Assembly (NCBI GenBank): GCA_964456855.1 | Contig: CAYWCU010000002.1 | Span: 792 to 64,791 of the forward strand | From: an uncultured Candidatus Saccharibacteria bacterium | GTDB lineage: Bacteria; Patescibacteriota; Minisyncoccia; UBA9983 | DNA: 64,000 nt | Direction of reading: 5' to 3' | Part shown: in pieces, positions 57,684 through 64,000 of the stretch | Numbering within the stretch: the stretch's first letter is position 1 | Layout of the letters: each line of letters opens with the position of its first letter | Position numbers and translations under genes: made by a program | Notes under the pieces: generated by a model | Databases searched by the model: none | Seen by the model: the letters and a program-made list of their open reading frames with translations, nothing else | Told to the model about the DNA's origin: nothing

Positions 57684-58024
57684 TTCAATATATGTTACGC
57701 CATTTTCTTTTTTTTTGCAAACTCAATAATCCACTTTAACGCCCAACGCTCGGGTAATACGACACCGGAGATAAAATTGATAAAAAATATCAACAATTTT
57801 TCTCTCGCGAAACATTAAAGCGACAAAAGCCCTCAATAAAGGCGTTCTGCGGAAAAACAACGCGCGCCAAACTACTCCGATTTCCCGACAAAAGGATTAG
57901 GGCAAAAAAACCATTCATTTCCATAATTTCTTCCATTTCTTTTTCCGGTTGTCCTCTTTTTCAATTCAGACGGTCTCCCGATTAAACTGTCGTATTCTCT
58001 TTTAAATATCTGGGGTTTTAATGC

Positions 58025-58840
58025 CTATTTGTTTAATTCCACTAAATTTTTGAAGACCATCGCTACCGTAAGGGGTCCAACTCCTCCCGGAACGGGTGTG
58101 AAGAAAAACGCCTTTTCCTCCACGGCCGAATCAACATCACCCACAAGACAGCCGTCTTTCACGGCTGTCCCGGCATCAATAATCGTAACTCCATTTTTTA
58201 CCATATCCAGAGAAATCAGTCCCGGCTTTCCCGTTCCGCTCACAATTATATCGGCTTCTTTAATGTGCTTTAAAATATCCCCGCTGTTTGCCCTGAGAAC
58301 GGAAACAGTGGCGCCGTGATTTATAAGCCAGACGGCACTCGGTTTGCCGACGAGTTCTCCGGCGCCGACTACGACGGCGTTTTTCCCGGAAGGGTCAAGA
58401 CCGCATCTGCCGAGAATTTCTTTTACAGCTCCAGCGACGGGAGGCAAAACATTTTCAATACCGGCGACAAAACGCCCTATTGCCAACGAAGACAAAACAT
58501 CAACGTCTTTGTCCCCGGGTATGGAATCAAGAACGCTTCGTTGATTAATGTGAGAGGGCAAGGGAAGTTGGACGATAACGCCGTTATTCTTTCCTTCTCT
58601 GCATATTTGAGACACTTTTTGGCTGAGTTCGGCAGTCGCCACTTTTAAAGGAAAACCATAAAAATTAACTTCTATTCCGAGGTCTTCGGCGAATTTTTGT
58701 TTCTGCCGAACAAACCTCGCCGAAACTTCATCTTCTCCAACTTGAACAATGCCGATTGCCAATTTTTTGCCGGAATTTTGAAGTCTTTCTTTAAGACTTT
58801 CTTTTATTTCTTCAGCTATTTGTTTTCCTTCAATTATCAT
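58025..58840 (-). CDS. folD: Methylenetetrahydrofolate dehydrogenase/cyclohydrolase
   Basis: IVQLPLP, KDVD, LVGKP, GDVD, TPVPGGVGPLTV. Confidence 0.95.
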   Translation of the reverse strand: MIIEGKQIAEEIKESLKERLQNSGKKLAIGIVQVGEDEVSARFVRQKQKFAEDLGIEVNFYGFPLKVATAELSQKVSQICREGKNNGVIVQLPLPSHINQRSVLDSIPGDKDVDVLSSLAIGRFVAGIENVLPPVAGAVKEILGRCGLDPSGKNAVVVGAGELVGKPSAVWLINHGATVSVLRANSGDILKHIKEADIIVSGTGKPGLISLDMVKNGVTIIDAGTAVKDGCLVGDVDSAVEEKAFFFTPVPGGVGPLTVAMVFKNLVELNK

Positions 58841-58844
58841 GGTT

Positions 58845-60041
58845 TTATGATTTTAATATTTTATCTATTCGCCGGGCTATTCTCTTCATATCATTTTCCT
58901 TCATTCCCGCAGTCGTAACCGCCGGGGAACCGAGACGAATTCCGGAAGGATTATTCGGTTTGCGGGTATCGTAAGGTATGGCGTTTTTATTCACGATTAT
59001 TCCCTCTTTCTCCAATTTTATTTGCGCCTGAGCTCCGGACAGGCGCAAATATTCTCCCTCAACTTTTTTCCCCCATACGTCCACCAAAAACAAATGAGTG
59101 TCCGTTCCTCCGGAAATAATTCTCCACCCGAGTTTTTTCAATTCCGCGGACAACGCTTTGGCGTTTTTAACAACTTGCCGGGCGTATTTTTTAAAGGAAG
59201 GAGCGGATGCCTCCCGCAAAGCGACGGCTATGGCGGCAATCTGGTTGATATGGGGACCTCCCTGAACACCAGGGAAGACCGCTTTATCCACTTTTAAAGA
59301 AAGTTCCCCGCGAGAGAATATCATCGCCCCTCTTGGACCTCTTAATGTCTTATGCGTAGTAGTCATAACGACATCCGCCAACTCTTTCCCTTTTTTGCCA
59401 TAAAATGGCGAGGGGTGCTGTCCTGTGGACACCAAACCGGCTATATGAGAAATATCCGCCAAAAGATAGGCGCCGACCGAATCCGCTATTTCACGGAATT
59501 TTCCGAAATCAATCTCTCGCGAATACGCTGTCGCTCCGGCGATAATAATGACCGGTTTTTCTTTTTTCGCTATTTCCAAAATCTTTTTATAATCAAGCCT
59601 TTCCGTTTTTTCGTCAACTCCGTAAGAAATTTGCTTCCAAAATTTTCCGCTAATGGACATTTTTTGTCCGTGCGTGAGATGTCCTCCCATTTTAAGGGAC
59701 ATGCCCATAATTTTTCCGCCTTTTGGAACAAGCGCCAAAAAAATGGCGAGATTCGCCGGCGATCCGGAATACGGTTGAACATTTACGCTCCATTTTTCCC
59801 TGTCAAGACCAAAGAGCTTGAGGGCGCGTCTTTGGCAGAGAGTCTCAACCTCATCAACAACCTCGTTTCCTCCGTAATATCTCTTGCCGGGATAACCCTC
59901 GGAGTATTTGTTAACGAAAACGGAGCCAAGAGCCTTGAGTGTTTCTTCGGAGACAAAATTCTCGGAGGCGATAAGATTGATAACCCTTTTTTGCCTTCTT
60001 TTTTCTTTTTTTATCAGATTCTCAATTTTCAAGTCTTTCAT
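58845..60041 (-). CDS. glyA: Serine hydroxymethyltransferase
   Basis: LIASEN, NKYSEGYPGKRYYGG, GGHLTHG, TTTHKTLRGPRG, SGIRLG. Confidence 0.98.
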   Translation of the reverse strand: MKDLKIENLIKKEKRRQKRVINLIASENFVSEETLKALGSVFVNKYSEGYPGKRYYGGNEVVDEVETLCQRRALKLFGLDREKWSVNVQPYSGSPANLAIFLALVPKGGKIMGMSLKMGGHLTHGQKMSISGKFWKQISYGVDEKTERLDYKKILEIAKKEKPVIIIAGATAYSREIDFGKFREIADSVGAYLLADISHIAGLVSTGQHPSPFYGKKGKELADVVMTTTHKTLRGPRGAMIFSRGELSLKVDKAVFPGVQGGPHINQIAAIAVALREASAPSFKKYARQVVKNAKALSAELKKLGWRIISGGTDTHLFLVDVWGKKVEGEYLRLSGAQAQIKLEKEGIIVNKNAIPYDTRKPNNPSGIRLGSPAVTTAGMKENDMKRIARRIDKILKS

Positions 60042-60108
60042 TATTTTTATTGTAGCCGAATTCTCTTTTTTTTTCCATTAAAACTAAAAGTTTGATATAA
60101 TAAAAACA

Positions 60109-60651
60109 ATGAGAATAAACGCAAAGAAAGGATTTACGCTGATTGAGTTGCTGGTGGTTATCGCCATCATAGGGTTGCTTTCCAGTATCGTTATGGTGTC
60201 GTTGCGTAAAGCGAGAATGAAGGCGCGGGACGCGCAAAGGATTGAGAATTTAAGTCAAATGCGAACGGCGATTGAATCTTACGCCAATGACCATGGAAAA
60301 TATCCGCCAACTCCTTACTATAGAAACTATTATTCAAGCACGGACGAAAGTTCATGGAATGAATTTCAAAACTTATTGAAACCTTATCTGTCAAAGCTTC
60401 CCAAAGACCCCGTCAATAACGGTAACCCAGAGATTACCGGCAATTATTCTTATTTCTATCAATCCAACAGCTTTCTTGGAGAATATGACCTGATAACGCA
60501 ACTTGAAAACAAAGACAATGGAAATCGCTGCGAATTAAAGTGTTGGAGATATCACAGTAGCGGATCGCCGGAAGCGTCATGGTGCAAAGGGAGCCCTTTG
60601 TGCGGAAGCCCTTCGTGGCCAAACAGCCCCTACATCTACGCGGACCATTGA
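60109..60651 (+). CDS. Type IV pilin / GspG-like prepilin, copy 1
   Basis: KKG|FTLIELLVVIAIIGLL class III signal; KARDAQR, LPKDP. Confidence 0.92.
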   Translation: MRINAKKGFTLIELLVVIAIIGLLSSIVMVSLRKARMKARDAQRIENLSQMRTAIESYANDHGKYPPTPYYRNYYSSTDESSWNEFQNLLKPYLSKLPKDPVNNGNPEITGNYSYFYQSNSFLGEYDLITQLENKDNGNRCELKCWRYHSSGSPEASWCKGSPLCGSPSWPNSPYIYADH

Positions 60652-60691
60652 TTTCACGCTCAAAAACGAAAAGTTTGATATAATAAAAACA

Positions 60692-61243
60692 ATGAGAATA
60701 AACGCAAAGAAAGGATTTACGCTGATTGAGTTGCTGGTGGTTATCGCCATCATAGGGTTGCTTTCCAGTATCGTTATGGTGTCGTTGCGCAAAGCGCGGA
60801 TGAAAGCGCGGGACGCGCAAAGGATTGAGGATTTAAGTCAAATGCGAACGGCGATTGAATCTTACGCCAACGACCATGGAAAATATCCCCCACCTCCGCC
60901 ATTCAGTAGCTTCGCTTCCAGCGCCACCCCCTCTCAGTGGAACTACCTTCAAAATTTGTTGAAACCTTATTTGCCGAAGCTCCCCAAAGATCCTATCAAT
61001 AATAACGCCGAAACTTACATAACGGGAAACTATTCATATCTTTATTTGGTTAGCGGTGTCAACAGAACAAACTATGATTTGATAACGCAATTTGAGGATA
61101 AGAACAATGAAAACCGTTGCGAATTAAAATGCTGGAGGCGTTATAGCCTAGAGGTGGCAGAAAAGCCGACATGGTGCCAGGGTAATCCCCTCTGTGCCCC
61201 GCCACGAGGAGTATCCAGTCCATATATATACGCGAATCACTAG
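60692..61243 (+). CDS. Type IV pilin / GspG-like prepilin, copy 2
   Basis: Same N-terminus as copy 1, divergent C-terminal loops. Confidence 0.92.
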   Translation: MRINAKKGFTLIELLVVIAIIGLLSSIVMVSLRKARMKARDAQRIEDLSQMRTAIESYANDHGKYPPPPPFSSFASSATPSQWNYLQNLLKPYLPKLPKDPINNNAETYITGNYSYLYLVSGVNRTNYDLITQFEDKNNENRCELKCWRRYSLEVAEKPTWCQGNPLCAPPRGVSSPYIYANH

Positions 61244-61245
61244 TT

Positions 61246-62391
61246 TTACACTTCCAAGAATCTTTCGTCAAAATCCTTTCTACTCGCGGAACGGCCATAA
61301 CGGCGCATACCCATTAAAATACCCAGTCCCGCGAAAACAGTAATCATATGAGACCCTCCATAACTCATAAAGGGCAAGGTGATGCCGGTAACGGGCATCA
61401 TTCCAATGTTCATTCCAATATGAATGATAAAATGCGACATCAAAAAAATCGCCAAACCCATCCCGAAGAGGGATTCAAAATTTGTTTGCCCCAGAAATGA
61501 AATTTTCAATATCCTCCAAATAATAATTCCGAAAAAAATAAAAATAAAGGCTACACCGACAAGCCCCCATTCTTCTGCAAAAGCGGCAAAAATGAAATCA
61601 GTCTGATGTTCCGGCAAAAATTCAAGCCGGCTTTGCGTTCCAAGCCCTATACCTTTCCCGAGAACCTGGCCCGATCCGACAGCAATCATTGATTGGTAGG
61701 CGTTGTAACCCGATCCTCGGACATCCCTCAAGGGATGTAAAAAAGTCAAAACTCTTTCTTTTTGATAGGGCTTGAAAACAAAAAACCAAGAGGCGCCGAA
61801 AATCAAAGAGAAGAGCAAAAAAACAAGCAAAAGATGTTTTTTGCTTACACCGGAAACGACTATCATCCCAAGCCAGATAAAAAAAAGAATGATTGCCGAA
61901 CCAAAATCGGGCTGGAGAAAAACAAGAATGGCGGGAATAAAAACATAAAAACCGGAAACGATGATGTGGCGAATATTTCCAATCTCAACATGTCGCCGGG
62001 AAAAATATTTTGCCAAAATAAGAATAGTGAGAAGTTTGACCAAATCGGAAGGCTCAATGGAAAAAAATGATAAAGAAATCCATGAAGCCGCGCCTCGCAC
62101 CGTTTTTCCCAAAACCAAAAGGACTGCCAAAACGCCAACCATAACCCCCCAGTAAAGAGCCAGTGTTTCACCCCTGCGTAAAAAACGCCAATCAACCCTG
62201 CTGAATAAAAAAAACACCAGAAAAGAAATTCCTATCCAGATTAATTGGCGATTAAAAAAATAATCCCCTCCGGAAGACATTCCTCTTCCCAGCTCACGCA
62301 TTGTAATAAGCCCTCCCGCCAAAAGCGGGAGAGTGGATAAAAAGAGAATCCAGTCTATGTCCGGCAAACGCGAAAATAAATTACTTTTCAT
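61246..62391 (-). CDS. rodA: Rod shape-determining SEDS protein
   Basis: QPDFGSA, YQKER, GYNAYQSMIAVGSG, LPEHQTDFIF, PVTGITLPFMSYGGS. Confidence 0.93.
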   Translation of the reverse strand: MKSNLFSRLPDIDWILFLSTLPLLAGGLITMRELGRGMSSGGDYFFNRQLIWIGISFLVFFLFSRVDWRFLRRGETLALYWGVMVGVLAVLLVLGKTVRGAASWISLSFFSIEPSDLVKLLTILILAKYFSRRHVEIGNIRHIIVSGFYVFIPAILVFLQPDFGSAIILFFIWLGMIVVSGVSKKHLLLVFLLFSLIFGASWFFVFKPYQKERVLTFLHPLRDVRGSGYNAYQSMIAVGSGQVLGKGIGLGTQSRLEFLPEHQTDFIFAAFAEEWGLVGVAFIFIFFGIIIWRILKISFLGQTNFESLFGMGLAIFLMSHFIIHIGMNIGMMPVTGITLPFMSYGGSHMITVFAGLGILMGMRRYGRSASRKDFDERFLEV

Positions 62392-63142
62392 GAGTCAAAT
62401 TAACCCTCAAAAAGATATGGCTTGAAACCGCTTTTTTTTCAAAAGGGGTGGGCCAAGTGAAAACAACAGGATAAGCAGAGTTTCCTTCTATGGATTTTAT
62501 TTTAGTTGAACTTACCGCCATAACACTTCCATCTTTATCATAAAGAACGGCCACCGCGAAAACCCCCTCAACCGGGAAAATTGATGTGTTGCTTATTTCC
62601 GCGCTCAGCCGGGGGAATGGAAGAGGAGTAAAACTTTTACTTGACACGACAATTTGAGGAATTTTCGTTTCTATTTTTTCCCACTTCAAATTTTTATTGA
62701 ATTCCACGAAGGCTTTTACTGGGAAACGTTTTCCAACATCTATGTTCGTTTCAAAAAAAACATATTCCCCTCCGGGGTTGATAAAGGTTTCTCCTTCGCG
62801 GACGGCGACAAGTATGTTTTTTCTGTCATAAAGTTTAATCTTATAATTGACAAGAGGAAGAGCTAAAGACAAATTTGGATTTTTTACAAGGACCGCCGCC
62901 TCGTATTTTCCATTATCAAGTTTAAACACTTTGCTCCAAACCACAATAATATCCCTTACCCGCCCCAAGCAGGCCTGACAAGGACCCCCGCAATCAATAC
63001 CCTCTTCGGCTTGATTCTGTTTTCCATCAGAACAACTCGGTTTATTGAGAGATATAAAAATCAAAAACAGCCCCGCGACAATAATCAGAATAAAAGCGGA
63101 AAGAAAGGTAAGCTGTTTTTTAACAGTCCATGGTATAGCCAT
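62381..63142 (-). CDS. Membrane-anchored hypothetical protein with Cys-rich motif
   Basis: TM helix followed by CSDGKQNQAEEGIDCGGPC; overlaps rodA start. Confidence 0.75.
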   Translation of the reverse strand: MAIPWTVKKQLTFLSAFILIIVAGLFLIFISLNKPSCSDGKQNQAEEGIDCGGPCQACLGRVRDIIVVWSKVFKLDNGKYEAAVLVKNPNLSLALPLVNYKIKLYDRKNILVAVREGETFINPGGEYVFFETNIDVGKRFPVKAFVEFNKNLKWEKIETKIPQIVVSSKSFTPLPFPRLSAEISNTSIFPVEGVFAVAVLYDKDGSVMAVSSTKIKSIEGNSAYPVVFTWPTPFEKKAVSSHIFLRVNLTHEK

Positions 63143-63199
63143 TGTTCTATTATAACACGAAATAAATTTAGAATCTCATACAATAAAAGTGGTTTTCCG

Positions 63200-63961
63200 T
63201 TATCGTTCATACAGGGTTGTAATTGGCATTAGTTCATTTTTCTGTTCAATTCTCTTTGAAACAATTTTGCCATGTTTCTTGAAAACTCTGAATGCTTTGG
63301 CGGATTTCTTGGAAGTTATAACCCTGTATTTATCATCAATAAATTCAATGGCGCAATTGTTATCAATGGCAATACCCATACCGCCAATTTTTTGAATCAT
63401 CTTACGAAAATGATTTTTTCTGAGAACACCAAAAGTTTGGCTGTTATAATGAGGACAGTGAATTCCCTTAATAAAACCTAAGCCACGGACATTAATGTAT
63501 TCCCATTTTTTGGGGTTGTAGAACGACATAGAATCACTATGCCCTGAATCAAACCAACATATTGAGCCGGCGCTGAGTCCGCAAAGTACAGTACCTTTTC
63601 CCCAAGCCGTCCCGAGGAGTTTATCAACGCCGAGATGCCTCCAAAGTTTCATCATTTTAAGTGTGTTTCCACCTCCAACATAAATAATGTCTGCACCAAG
63701 TATTTTATTTTTAATTGCTTTTGGCGATGGCGTTTCTTTGATTAGATAAAGAACATCGGTTTTACAGCCCAATTTCTTGCCAAAGTATTTTTCCACACCC
63801 TTATAATAATTTTCACTGTCCGAACTTGCCGTTGGAATAAATAATAACTTTGGGTGTTTTTTTTGCGCCAATCTAATTATTTCTCTATCTATCGCAAAGG
63901 TTTTAAAGTTTTTGATTCCATCGCCTCCAACTGCAACTATTTTTTTAATTATTTTTGTCAT
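63200..63961 (-). CDS. pepE: Peptidase E (S51 family)
   Basis: FIPTAS, YVGGGNT, GLSAG, CPHY. Confidence 0.88.
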   Translation of the reverse strand: MTKIIKKIVAVGGDGIKNFKTFAIDREIIRLAQKKHPKLLFIPTASSDSENYYKGVEKYFGKKLGCKTDVLYLIKETPSPKAIKNKILGADIIYVGGGNTLKMMKLWRHLGVDKLLGTAWGKGTVLCGLSAGSICWFDSGHSDSMSFYNPKKWEYINVRGLGFIKGIHCPHYNSQTFGVLRKNHFRKMIQKIGGMGIAIDNNCAIEFIDDKYRVITSKKSAKAFRVFKKHGKIVSKRIEQKNELMPITTLYER

Positions 63962-64000
63962 AATCCTTGTTATGTTCCCTGTAGGACAGAAATTTGGTGC

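Noticed and set aside
60109-61243. Diversity-generating retroelement template/variable repeat pair
   Set aside because: Differences include indels and are not adenine-specific; no reverse transcriptase in the window
262-63481. Numerous 60-250 aa ORFs antisense to or nested in recognised genes (e.g. 34468-35166, 59352-60095, 23640-24212)
   Set aside because: Shadow ORFs of well-supported genes with no independent motifs

Overview
Bacterial chromosomal window, standard genetic code. Gene content (DUF5667-type protein, group 3b hydrogenase subunits, GspG-type pilins, many apparently leaderless genes, short intergenic spaces) suggests a CPR/Patescibacteria (Parcubacteria-like) genome; this is inference. 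Positions ~2.5-37 kb are a large surface-glycan region (wzm/wzt, many GT2/GT4/GT9/GT11 glycosyltransferases, methyltransferases, a sulfotransferase) interrupted by small cargo genes (AbiE TA pair, two orphan PemK toxins, NYN nuclease, matrixin protease, macrodomain). Then follow lepA, a GH130/cupin cluster, tRNA-Gly with a ~5 kb integrase-less defence island, glmS, a hydrogenase cluster lacking its large subunit, secDF, folD, glyA, tandem pilins, rodA and pepE. Most notable: (1) head-to-head Elp3 plus Trm9/ALKBH8-like methyltransferase, a candidate two-gene bacterial mcm5U34 tRNA pathway; (2) five cargo insertions each flanked by a duplicated end of the neighbouring glycosyltransferase gene; (3) a tRNA-Gly island bounded by both 23-bp direct repeats and ~115-bp inverted repeats with no recombinase; (4) a RAYT transposase with REP-like palindromes; (5) one heptamer repeat family and several palindromes inserted inside coding sequences; (6) two orphan PemK genes followed by the same two-hairpin motif. 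All family calls are from motif recognition by eye; no database searches were run.
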